A DNA stretch of 64,000 nt from Piedraia hortae CBS 480.64 (lineage: Eukaryota), in contig MU005977.1 in NCBI GenBank assembly GCA_010093745.1, positions 186,116 to 250,115 of the forward strand, read 5' to 3'. Below are positions 22,769-33,230 of the stretch, piece after piece. Every line of letters starts with the position of its first letter. The first letter of the stretch is position 1. The notes below the pieces were generated by a model. It was not told the DNA's origin and did no database searches. It saw only the letters and a program-made list of their open reading frames with translations. The translations under genes and the position numbers were made by a program.

Positions 22769-25369
22769 TTATTCCACCACACCTCCAGCAACAATTTCAA
22801 AACTAACATTCCTACCCAACCCGCTTTTAATGCTCTCCACGCCGTGACTCTCGATCCACGGCCGGAGGTTTTTACATTGGCTAACGTCAAAGTGTTTCAG
22901 ATCTTCACAGCCTTCGACAACAGCCTCGACGCCCAACCGAGTGACCCTCACACAGCCTCTCACAGATAAGCTTCTCAGGTTGCTGAGATGCATGCCGATT
23001 CTACGGAGCGAGCAGTCCGAAATGGCCGAGCCGCAGAAAGCCATGTTAAGGCTTTCGAGAGACGGAAGGCCAAGCGCCAGAACTTGGGTTCCTGTATCTG
23101 AAAGGGCACAGCAAAAGGATAGGTCGATCTCTTTTAGGAAGCGGCAACCGCCGACGATGCCGACAATAGCCTGGTCTGAGAGGTAAGTGCAGTCTGCCAG
23201 GATGAGGCGACGGAGCGATGGGAAGGAGTAGGAACCCCAGCTGTTGAAGGCCGCATCTGAGATAGATGTGCAGCGTGTTAAGTCAAGGGATTCAAGCCGG
23301 CTCGAGGCGTGCAGAGCCAGATGTAGCATGCTTCGGTCTTGGATGTGTTTGCAGTAGGATAGCGTCAGCTTGCGCAACTTGGGAAAACCAATTGCTGTCA
23401 ATGTCGCTGTTGTCGCTGGTTGTTTCTGAGAGGATGCCGTCCCGCGTCGTGAGCCTCCTTTACGCTTGCCTTTGGTTGGAGTCTGAGTCACAGATGTTGC
23501 TGACCCTCGAGGCTTAGGTGGTACGGCCCAGCCGACTACCCTTGCCAGGAGGTTGTCTCCAACTTTGCGACAGTTTGAGAGGTCTAGCTCCTCCAGTTCT
23601 TTGGCTTGCTCAATTAATGTCAGTATAGCCATCGCTGAAACGTCCCACACGGATTTCATCTTCCATACCCGCGCTTGCTCGCCACATGTTTCTGCCAAAG
23701 CTTTGAAGCCATCATCAGTTACGTGGAAGCAATTGTTGAGGTTGATTACTCGAGGTCGGTTACCGACAAAGGGACATATGTTGTCCCGTAGGGCTTCGTC
23801 AGTAACCCGTCGGTTATGCTTGCTGAGGTCGAGATTATGCAGAATATTTGGTTCCGTATTGATGAGGTGCCACCAATGCATGCATACCAGCCGCAGACGC
23901 ATGAGGTCTAATAGCTCGAGATGTTGGAAGACAATAGTCAAGATATGGTCGGGAAGCTTTCCTTTCACGGATGCTGACAGTCCTCGAGCTAAGCTGGGTC
24001 TCTGTGGCGCGTGAGCTGCAGTCAAAGTAGCAGACGTCGATCCTCGCGATGTTGGCCTCGAACTTGAAGAGAGCGATGGTGTTTCTACCGGGGGCGCAAG
24101 AGACGAACGTCGTGACTTTGCTTTCAGGTCGGGAAGAAAGTACGGATCGGGATCTATTGGGCTCATTGGAACATCAAACTCATCGGGACACAATTTGAAG
24201 TCGACTGAAGCTTCGTTCAGTCGCCTCTTGGCTTCGCTCTCCACTTGTCGCCGAAGATGAGAACCACACCTCCGCCACAACTCATCTAGCACATGCCCGC
24301 TGATGAGTAGACAGTCGACAGAATTGACGCTTCGCACCGTTGCCGTCCTCGTCGGAGCTAGGGACAGGTTTGTGACTTCTCCAAAGTACTGTCCCGCCTT
24401 TAGCCTTGCTCGAACCTTGGGCATACAGTCCGCATTGTCTGACACCACGGCAAACACTTCAACCTCGCCTTGTATGATGAAGTAAACATCTCTGCCCGAG
24501 GTGCCCTGTTTTATAATCTCCACAAATGGTGGGAAAGACAATGGCTGAGCATTGACACCGATAAAGTGGAGTATCTCCCCTGGTAGGCCGGAAAAGAGTG
24601 GCAACTCTTTTAGGAGCGAACGTACAGGCAAAGGGGGATCCACAACGGCTTCTGCCACGCTAGGAGAGGGGGATTTTCGCTTTTTGTTGGCCAAAGTGGC
24701 ACCATCGACGCTCAACTCTTCATCTCCAGTGTCCACATTGTTGGCCATCCAGTCCCGGGATCTCTTTCGAGGCCCACCTGGGTCGTCTGATGTACCTTTC
24801 TCCGTCTTCTTTCGCTCGAGGATGGCCAACCGCTCCAAAGCCTCCTCCCTGATGGCACGTTCCACGTCGGGGTAGATGGGGAGAGATTTTTGCAGATCCT
24901 CCTTGTTCAACCGGACTACTAAGCTGCGAGTACTAGCGGCAATAGAGGCTGTCCTCGGCATGTCCATCAAGATTCCGATCTCTCCGAAGAAGGCTCCCGG
25001 CCGCAGCTCGGTATAGATGCTCTCTCCATCCCGACTCGTCACCCGCACGCTACCTCGCACTAGCCAGTACATGGCTTTGGCATCTTCGCCTTCCCGTATG
25101 ATATCCTGGCTTGTTTGGTAGATGTGAGGGTGCAGGCACATCCCAATGTCCACCAGAAAAGACTCTGGAGCAGACTCGAAGAGGGGGAAGGCTTTGAGCC
25201 GGTCCAAAAGTTCCAACGGCAGACCGGCAATTGTAGAGCTGCCCAAGGGCGATGATTTGACCGGACGAGAAGGATTGAGACTGGCATCGAAGCTGTAAAC
25301 CAAGGTCGAGGGGTCGGCTGTGGTAGAACGAACAGCAGCTTGTGAAGCGCGAAGTTGCTGGCGCCGCAT
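22769..25369 (-). CDS. Protein with two cyclic-nucleotide-binding domains, an F-box and leucine-rich repeats; intronless
   Basis: Phosphate-binding cassettes FFGEIGILMDMPRTASI and YFGEVTNLSLAPTRTATV; F-box LPDHILTIVFQHLELLDLMRLRLVCMHW; AMN1/FBXL-type LRRs (LDLSNCRKVGD, LTLSYCKHIQD, LDLTRCTSISD). Confidence 0.92.
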   Translation of the reverse strand: MRRQQLRASQAAVRSTTADPSTLVYSFDASLNPSRPVKSSPLGSSTIAGLPLELLDRLKAFPLFESAPESFLVDIGMCLHPHIYQTSQDIIREGEDAKAMYWLVRGSVRVTSRDGESIYTELRPGAFFGEIGILMDMPRTASIAASTRSLVVRLNKEDLQKSLPIYPDVERAIREEALERLAILERKKTEKGTSDDPGGPRKRSRDWMANNVDTGDEELSVDGATLANKKRKSPSPSVAEAVVDPPLPVRSLLKELPLFSGLPGEILHFIGVNAQPLSFPPFVEIIKQGTSGRDVYFIIQGEVEVFAVVSDNADCMPKVRARLKAGQYFGEVTNLSLAPTRTATVRSVNSVDCLLISGHVLDELWRRCGSHLRRQVESEAKRRLNEASVDFKLCPDEFDVPMSPIDPDPYFLPDLKAKSRRSSLAPPVETPSLSSSSRPTSRGSTSATLTAAHAPQRPSLARGLSASVKGKLPDHILTIVFQHLELLDLMRLRLVCMHWWHLINTEPNILHNLDLSKHNRRVTDEALRDNICPFVGNRPRVINLNNCFHVTDDGFKALAETCGEQARVWKMKSVWDVSAMAILTLIEQAKELEELDLSNCRKVGDNLLARVVGWAVPPKPRGSATSVTQTPTKGKRKGGSRRGTASSQKQPATTATLTAIGFPKLRKLTLSYCKHIQDRSMLHLALHASSRLESLDLTRCTSISDAAFNSWGSYSFPSLRRLILADCTYLSDQAIVGIVGGCRFLKEIDLSFCCALSDTGTQVLALGLPSLESLNMAFCGSAISDCSLRRIGMHLSNLRSLSVRGCVRVTRLGVEAVVEGCEDLKHFDVSQCKNLRPWIESHGVESIKSGLGRNVSFEIVAGGVVE

Positions 25370-26508
25370 ATTGTAGGTCCGGTAGGAGTGAATTGAGAGA
25401 GACGGTGCCCAAGGCGAGGGTTCAGTTTGATCAGAGCGTTTGTTTGACCATCATGGACATCAAACAATGATCAATCACGAGGGGGCCAGAGAGGGGGGTT
25501 TATGTGGGCCGTGTGGCCGCGTCAAGCAGTCCGTGTGTATTCTCGTCAAGCCTATACCAATCATGGCACCCTTTGATTCCGATGGAATGGCGGAACTACG
25601 TGTCCAATAGGCTTGTCTGCGGTGCTTCTTCATGCTGCTACGTTGACAAAGAAAACGGCTTTCAGTCCATATCAAATCCGTCTATCTCAATGATAAGATT
25701 TTGCAAAGTCTTTTTCGATCATTAAGCATGCGCTTCTATTCATGCTGTGGAGGACTAGGTAAGGGCGGGGGACTGAGACCCTCGCCTCGGCAAATTCACT
25801 TGATGATCCTAGCTCCTGCGCTCCACAGACAAACAGCCTCTGTGTTCAATCGACATTGTCTTGTAGGCTCAGTCCTTTTGGGATGTCGAACGATAGATGT
25901 GTTGTCCAAAGTGGCCATGCGACTTCACAGAACCTCATGAACATGTGAACGATATCATCGGGATGGAATGGGCTAGTTGTCTGTCAAAGTGCCCCCCTGA
26001 TCACCCTAATGCCATATTCGTGGAGACAGGCAGCGCGAACGATACTGTATTATGTGCTTGGTTCATCGGTGCGAAGATATGCCGGAGCATCTTCTGTTTT
26101 TCGAACGGCACGTGGGTCTAGCCTGGTGCGAGTCTGGAACGTAAGACTTCTGATAGCGGTGCATGTCGTCCAGCTTATCGGCCTGTTTGACCTGAAGTTT
26201 ATATTGCTGAATCTAGGGGCAGACTCTGTGCCAAGATGCTACTTTATTTTCACAATCCAAGAGTCTTGGCACACGATATACGGACAGACCTGTAGCTGCC
26301 ATCGAATAGTTATTCAAACAATTGAAAACACGTTGACGAAGCACTCTTCTAACGTCAAAGAGTCCTGGCTACAGATCGAGTAACCCGAGATCTTGTGCTT
26401 TGACACCCGGCTCTGTTCGACTCTTTCGTATATCCACTTTTGTCCATCGCCATCCGGCGAGAAGTCTCCGTACAGTGATTATATCCATGATGAAATTCAC
26501 CCCAACCC

Positions 26509-26818
26509 TCATTTCTTCCCTTTCCCATCTTTCTTCCCACCTTTGATCAATTCGAGATGTCCCGCCTTCTCCGCCAGACTCTTTTCCGTGCGTGCCGTTA
26601 AGCCCGCAGAGCTCTTCTTCTTCTCCACTTCCTTCTTCCTTAGTTCCGCCTTCTTGGGCTTAAGAACGCGCGATCCAATCATTTTTCTTTGTGAGCTGCC
26701 CCATAGTCAGTCTTTATTCCATCATCCAGCAAATGCAATACACATACGCCTTTTTATTCGCCTTTGATTTAGAGGAAGTGACATTGTTCTTCTTATTCTT
26801 AATCACACCTTGCGCCAT
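26509..26818 (-). CDS. UPF0390/DUF2462 (C19orf53-like) small basic protein, 85 aa; intron 26696-26747; absent from the ORF track
   Basis: Spliced MAQGVIKNKKNNVTSSKSKANKKA|SQRKMIGSRVLKPKKAELRKKEVEKKKSSAGLTARTEKSLAEKAGHLELIKGGKKDGKGKK*; GTATGT..CTGAC..CAG intron restores the frame. Confidence 0.88.
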
Positions 26819-27011
26819 TTGTGAAGCGGCAGCGAAAACTCAAGACCCACTCACGATTCTGGGCGGTAGGAGCCCCACCCACACCACGTGGCGAAACCAC
26901 CACCCCACGACCCCACCAGAAACCATCCATCCAAATATCTCGTGCAGCGACACCAACATACGACTCTGTAACAACAGTCATCTCGCGCAGCAATCCACCC
27001 CCTTTACCATA

Positions 27012-27461
27012 ATGTCCCCAGTTCCATTAACATTAACCTTCCTCTCGTACAAGACCAGCATAACCCTCCTCGCCTCGGCAAGTACACCCCTACCCACCCT
27101 CCGCGCCGAGCTCCTTAGAGCTCTACACCAAACTTATTCTGACGGGATATTCAATGGGCTGGAAATCCCCGCGCATCAAACTGATATCCTCCTCGCGAGG
27201 GGAGTGGAAGGAGGGGAAGGTTGGGAGGCGCTTGATGAACCGATGGTTGGGGTTTTGGTCGATGGGGAGGGGGTGGAAAAGGGGAAGGGAAATAGTATGA
27301 AGCAGCCTGAACGTGAGGCTGAGACAGTGGGGAGCAAAGGGCTCAAGGATGGAGATGTTTTGGCATTTAAGTTTAGGGAGTTTGATGAGGACGAGGGAGA
27401 CCCGTTTTTGGATCAGGTTAGGGAACAATGGAATGTTACTGTTCCGGTATGTGAGGATTAG
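27012..27461 (+). CDS. Conserved fungal hypothetical protein (149 aa), possibly a ubiquitin-like beta-grasp fold
   Basis: MSPVPLTLTFLSYKTSITLL...LRAELLRAL...GLKDGDVLAFKF...QWNVTVP; divergent from the UPF0390 gene; the ORF-track 5' extension is antisense overlap. Confidence 0.65.
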   Translation: MSPVPLTLTFLSYKTSITLLASASTPLPTLRAELLRALHQTYSDGIFNGLEIPAHQTDILLARGVEGGEGWEALDEPMVGVLVDGEGVEKGKGNSMKQPEREAETVGSKGLKDGDVLAFKFREFDEDEGDPFLDQVREQWNVTVPVCED

Positions 27462-27659
27462 AATGAGCGTGGGGGGAAATTGAGGACAGGTTGGTGAAGA
27501 GAGTATGCGTCGCATCCCGTGTTATGACTAGAGGATATATGTCAGCCTGTAAGAGTTTAGCATCACTCGACGGTGCAAATTGCAATGCTCAAATCCGTTT
27601 CATTAAGCATAAATCGTTGAATGTGTGGTTTTGTCTCGACCCCCATGGACCAATCTGAT

Positions 27660-29704
27660 TTATTGGGCAAGGGCTTTATCCACAGCGTGCGCCCCCTGGA
27701 TGACGGCCGGCGGCTTGGGCACCTTCTGGAACAGAAAGTACTTCTTGATAACGTACGGCGCAGTAATCCTCAGCTCGTGGCTGATGAACTTTGCCGTTGG
27801 GACGGAAAATACCTCTGTAGATGCGTTAGCTAGGGTCCTGCATTTTCGGTGGCAATGGCTTACGGTCCAACTCCTCTAGCGTATACCCCTTAGTCTCACG
27901 CACAAAGCAAAATATCATCACCCATGCGATGAGGTTTAGTCCAGCATAAAATCCAACTGAAAAGTGTAAGTCAAGAACTGTTAATTCACTCCAGTGCAAT
28001 TCACTTACAAGCTCCTGTTGGCGTCATGACGGATTGCATTCGAGGAAAGGTCAAGCCGAGAATGCCGGCAAAAGTATTGTTGATACACACGGCCCACGCC
28101 ATTCCTTGCTCACGCTGTATGTTGGGAAACACCTCGGCCGAGTACTGAAACGCCACTGGCCCTTCGCCGAGCGAGTAGCATATCGTGAAGAGGTAAACGA
28201 ACAGTACAACGGGCCCGATTTGAGCACCTTTGCTGCCGGAATGGTTCAGCAGCGAAAGACCGCCAGCCAGCAAGAAGATGCACATGAGGGGAAAGGTCTG
28301 GCAATCGGTCAGTATTCATCCCAACGCGTTGCCAAAGAACATACAATCATGCATAGCGTTCTGCGACCTTTCGTATCAATGAGAAAGAGGGTGGGGATGG
28401 TCGACACCACTTGAACGGCACCGTATCCCAAAGAAGCATATAGGGCCTGCGTATCCGTGTAGCCGGCCCTGGTGAAGATGGTCGAACTGTAGAACGAGAT
28501 GATGTTGATTCCGCACATTTGCTGGGCCAACATGACAGTGGAAGCGCCATAATTTGCACGCCTGATCCGGGGCACGGTAAAGCAGTCCTTTAGGCGCGAA
28601 AAGTAGTTTGTGCCCTGAGCATCCCTGAGCTCTTCATGGTAAATGATGTAAGAATAGTAGTAGTCTCTTGCCGCAATGATGGGGTTAGCCCGCAGGCGCT
28701 TCATTGCTTGGAACCCTTTAGCAACCTTGTTGTGCTTCATCAGCCAACGAGGACTCTCTGGACAAAACCAGATGCCGCACAGGAGGATGAAAGACGGGAT
28801 AAAAGCCGAGCCAAGCTGAAGACGCCAGGCAATCCTAGGGACATCCTTGACAATCACATTGGCAGCAAAGCCGAGAAAAATGCCAACAACGACCCAGAGC
28901 TGCCAAAACATGACAAGGGCGCCTCGAATGCGTGCAGGAGCCATTTCTGCAGAAAAGATGGGGACAGTTGCATTCTTGGCGCCGATCCCAATGCCCATGA
29001 CGAAGCGAGCAGCAAAAAGGCCTTGCCATGATTTGGCGAAAGCAGCACCGATCGGGGTGGCCGTGAGACAAGCAGCAGTGAGGAAAATCTCACCTCGGCG
29101 TCCAAGGTATTTGTTGAGGGGATCAACAATGAATGCACCAATGAGACCAGCAGTCAAGAAGATGATGGAGTTGATCAGACCGACAATCCACTCGTCGCGA
29201 CCTTTTTTGTCAATCTTAAATTCTTTAGGAAAGGAAAGATTAGCACCGTTGGAACCAGTTTGATCCCATCCCTGGGTAGCTGCACCAATGGCACACAGAC
29301 CAATGGAAAACCACAGCATCTTCGGTCCATGCCACTTGTGATCTCGCTCGTAAATAAGCGCCTCACGCTCTGGCCCCTCGAGCTCGGCTAGGTGCTCGAA
29401 ATCATAGGGACTGCGAGCAACAAGAGCGGCACGCCCGAACAAGGCAGCATCTTCTGACATGTCATGCTCTTCAGCCCAACGCCGGGCATTTGCAATAGTT
29501 TCTTCATGAGTAAAACTCTTTTTCACATCAGTCAGTACCAGAAAGATGTCGGCAAAAGATCCGACGCACCTTCAATGGATTCTCAACGATATTCAAAGCA
29601 ACTGATCGCCGACGACCCGTGGCCTCAACGACTTCTGTAGGTTTAATCGACTCTCGTCGCTCATCCTGTTGGTAAGGGCCTGAATGGTTGGATTTTTCCG
29701 ACAT
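27660..29704 (-). CDS. MFS sugar porter (polyol/myo-inositol transporter-like), multi-exon
   Basis: AATQGWDQTGSNGANL, PLNKYLGRRG, GIGIGAKNATVPIFSAEMAPARIRGALV, PESPRWL, QQMCGINII, GEGPVAFQYSAEVFP, VRETKGYTLEELD. Confidence 0.93.
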
Positions 29705-30499
29705 GATGTGCTGAATAACAGTGGCTTAGATTGCCCGCAGGGTTCAAGGGACTATCAGGCCCTTATGTAACGTCCAGGCTATCCCCCGCATTGGGTATGG
29801 GGCCCCATGGGGACAAAGTGGAGGTCCCGACGCAGGCCAGGCCAATGGCCAATCATTTGCCTATAGAGACCATCATAAGCGACCATTTCTCCGCAATCGT
29901 TGTCAGGCGCATAAGTCCGGGTGTGGCGCTGGGGCGCTGCCGATCCAAGGTTTGCCAGGCTGAACGTTTTGTCAGCCATGCAGCAGGACGGTATCAAAGC
30001 CGGCATGTGGACGTTGACTAGTATCGCTGAGAATTGGGACCGCACATGGCCTACGCATGGCCCTAGCCTTCCCCTTGACATGGACGTTTCACACTTGCTC
30101 TGCAGCCATCATGTGGCCCATCTGTCCGCAATGGAATCTGGGGGGGACGGTGGGGCGCATCCCCGGTCCCACACCCTGATTTGGGAAGACGTCATCAAAT
30201 TTGTTGCTTGGCGCAGTCCTCGGAGGACGGCAGTTTAGAGAGTGCAAGCCCGTGTGTTCTTGCTGCATCGCGGATCCGCTGTGTCTGCAACCTAATAGCA
30301 AGTAATAGCACAGTGACAAGAAAATTGTTAATGTTCACCGCCCCTGCTGAGGCACCAGCCGCAAACGACGTGCCAGAGGGGCAGAGGGCCGGCTATCAGA
30401 ATCCCCAAATAGGTCATACGGTGGATAACGGCCTTGGCTGTTCCTGACCCGCTTGAGACTACATTCGGTTGAAGAATACCATGTCCACGATCGAGAACT

Positions 30500-31570
30500 T
30501 GTTACTCTGAAGGATCCCTATGCGAACTTCTGAGCTAACCAGTGCCAGTCTTTCCCGGTCAAGAGCATTGGATAATTGTTCCTCACATGCGAGAATGATT
30601 CATAAGCGCTTAAGCAGGCTCTTAATACGTAAAGGTCGACTTTGACGGCGCAACACTTTGGCCTCAAAGTCGAACCCTTGTGGGCCTTGAGCCCTGTTAC
30701 GTTTGAAGTAGGTGCCCTACCATACGTCCTGCACGACAGCGTTAACTCTATGGTGCGCGTTATCTGTCTTGACGTACGAATAGGCAAACCCGCCATCAGC
30801 CAGGTGGCTGGACCATTTCTTGACGACGTCCCTGCATACGAATGGCAGCTTGCCAATAGGTGGTTTGTTAAGGCGGCGGGGTTGGAACTGTAGCTAGGAG
30901 TATCGTGAGTGTTCCCACCAGTTTAGCCGGGCTGATCAGGCCAGTAGCCATACTCTAGTAGCGGAAGCTGCGACATACTTAGTATCATGTTTTATTCAAT
31001 CAGTTGAATCCATTTTCGATTTATAAAGGCACACTGCTGACCAAGACTGCTCGGAGCCTAAGAGTTCAACTGTTGCACCGGTGTATGCATACATTTCATC
31101 CACAGCGGCATGTGCTAGCAGCTTGGGCACTGGGGGCTTGTTGATACACAAATCTTGACTGACACCTTGGTCCCTTTTGAGAGTTTGAACCTGTGATACC
31201 ATCATATCGATTATATTCCCACAGTCTGTGAGCAAGTGTATAATACAGCCAATGTACCGACTCTGTTCCGACCCCATGTGGATGATTGATGATGTAAGTT
31301 GAAACTTAAGAGGCATCTCGGGGTATTTGAGGTTTGCGTGATATCAACCTCCACTTCAGCCGTTGCATGTGAGTTCAGGTATAGCTACAACAGGGTTTCG
31401 TATGAATCAAGTAGATCGGCAGAACATTGCTCCTTGATGGAGTATTGCCTCAGCGACTCTCAGATTATGGTGATACCTTGGGGAAAGCATGAACTGTCTG
31501 ATCGAGGAGTCATCGTGTCGAGAGTGCTATATGCTGCTGAATACTGCACTGAATGTGGACGAGCATTGTT
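30500..31570 (-). pseudogene. Decayed paralogue of the dispersed family (boundaries approximate)
   Basis: Minus-strand KAHKGST resembles SDYKGPT (1.8k) and RTYNGP (61.3k); fragmented ORFs. Confidence 0.3.
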
Positions 31571-31651
31571 GAGCTGAAAACAGCAGATGACGTGCCGTGG
31601 CGTTACTCGTGAAATCCGACGACACACGTCAACTCTCACATGTATTCCACT

Positions 31652-33223
31652 ATGGAGCCCCTACTGCGCCAGTGCCCTTTTTTGAAGCAGACGACTCCGT
31701 CAGCCATGCGAGCCATGAACCTCCAGGCCGTTGGGCGGAAATGTCCAGTCTTTGGCCCTGCATTGCGCGTGCAAAAGGCGCGAATGGCCACCCACGCAGC
31801 TCATGTGCCCACCCAACATGCGCCATTTGTGCCTCCACCACACCAGCCAGCGCAGTCCAAGCATGCAGAGTCGGAACCCCGAAAGCCAGCGCGGTTCGAC
31901 TACAACGGCTTTTACCGGCAGGAACTGGACAAGAAGCGCAAGAACAAGAGCTACCGCTACTTCAACAACATTAACCGCCTGGCTCAGGAGTTTCCCCAAG
32001 CCCACATGTCGGCGCCAGATGAGCGCGTGACGGTATGGTGCTCCAACGACTACCTGGGCATGGGTCGAAACCGGAAGGTGCTGGACAAGATGCACGAGAC
32101 ATTAGACCGCTACGGCGCCGGTGCCGGCGGCACACGCAACATTTCGGGGCACAATCAGCACGCCATGGACCTGGAGGCCACCATTGCCCGGCTTCATGCC
32201 AAAGAAGCTGCCCTGGTTTTCTCGTCGTGCTACGTGGCCAACGATGCCACTTTGGCCACGCTCGGGAGCAAATTTCCAAACTGCGTTATCCTCAGCGACA
32301 GCATGAACCACGCATCGATGATCCAAGGTATCCGTCACTCTGGGGCGCAGAAATTGGTGTTTAAACACAACGACCTGCGAGACTTGCAGAGCAAACTCGC
32401 CAGTCTTGGGCCCGAAATCCCCAAAATTATCGCATTTGAGAGCGTTTATAGCATGTGCGGCTCTGTAGCCCCAATCGCAGCCATCTGCGATCTTGCAGAG
32501 CGATACGGTGCCATCACATTTCTCGACGAAGTCCACGCAGTGGGCATGTACGGACCCAACGGGGCCGGTGTAGCTCAGCACCTCGACTTTGACGCCTACG
32601 AATCAGGACGTCAGCCCCGTGGAACGGTCATGGACCGTGTTGACATTATCACTGGTACGCTGGGCAAAGCCTACGGATCCGTGGGTGGGTACATTGCTGG
32701 CAAGGCCGAAATGGTCGACACCATCCGCTCCCTTGCGCCAGGCTTCATCTTCACCACCTCTCTCCCACCGGCAACCATGGCCGGAGCCCGCACGGCGATC
32801 GAGCACCAAATGGAGTCCTCGCACGACCGTATACAGCAACAGCTCCACACGCGAGCGGTGCGGGCCGCGCTGGAAGCGGCCGACTTACCCGCGCTAGCAA
32901 ACCCATCGCACATCATCCCCGTCTTGGTCGGCAACGCTGAAGTCGCAAAGCAAGCCTCAGATCTGCTGCTGGACAAACACAAAATCTACGTTCAGGCTAT
33001 CAATTATCCGACAGTTCCTGTCGGCCAGGAAAGGCTGCGAATCACGCCGACTCCCGGCCACGGCAACGATCTTCAGCACCAGCTTGTCAAGGCCCTCGAT
33101 AACGTGTGGTGCGATTTGGGTATCAAACGTACAAGTGATTGGAAGAAGAGCGGTGGGTTTGAAGGTCTGGGGAAGAAGGTTGCTCCGCTTTGGACGGATG
33201 GGCAGTTACGTCTTGACGGTTAG
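31652..33223 (+). CDS. HEM1: 5-aminolevulinate synthase, mitochondrial
   Basis: Heme-regulatory CP motifs RQCPF and [52 protein letters not shown] lysine in GTLGKAYG. Confidence 0.98.
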   Translation: MEPLLRQCPFLKQTTPSAMRAMNLQAVGRKCPVFGPALRVQKARMATHAAHVPTQHAPFVPPPHQPAQSKHAESEPRKPARFDYNGFYRQELDKKRKNKSYRYFNNINRLAQEFPQAHMSAPDERVTVWCSNDYLGMGRNRKVLDKMHETLDRYGAGAGGTRNISGHNQHAMDLEATIARLHAKEAALVFSSCYVANDATLATLGSKFPNCVILSDSMNHASMIQGIRHSGAQKLVFKHNDLRDLQSKLASLGPEIPKIIAFESVYSMCGSVAPIAAICDLAERYGAITFLDEVHAVGMYGPNGAGVAQHLDFDAYESGRQPRGTVMDRVDIITGTLGKAYGSVGGYIAGKAEMVDTIRSLAPGFIFTTSLPPATMAGARTAIEHQMESSHDRIQQQLHTRAVRAALEAADLPALANPSHIIPVLVGNAEVAKQASDLLLDKHKIYVQAINYPTVPVGQERLRITPTPGHGNDLQHQLVKALDNVWCDLGIKRTSDWKKSGGFEGLGKKVAPLWTDGQLRLDG

Positions 33224-33230
33224 ATATATA

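Noticed and set aside
7619..25369. SKP1 plus F-box gene, or ELP3 plus tRNA-Glu(TTC), as functional clusters
   Set aside because: Separated by many unrelated housekeeping genes; co-occurrence in 64 kb is plausible by chance
26691..27011. 107-aa N-terminal extension of the 256-aa ORF
   Set aside because: Overlaps the UPF0390 gene in antisense and starts at a non-ATG codon; eukaryotic start is more likely 27012
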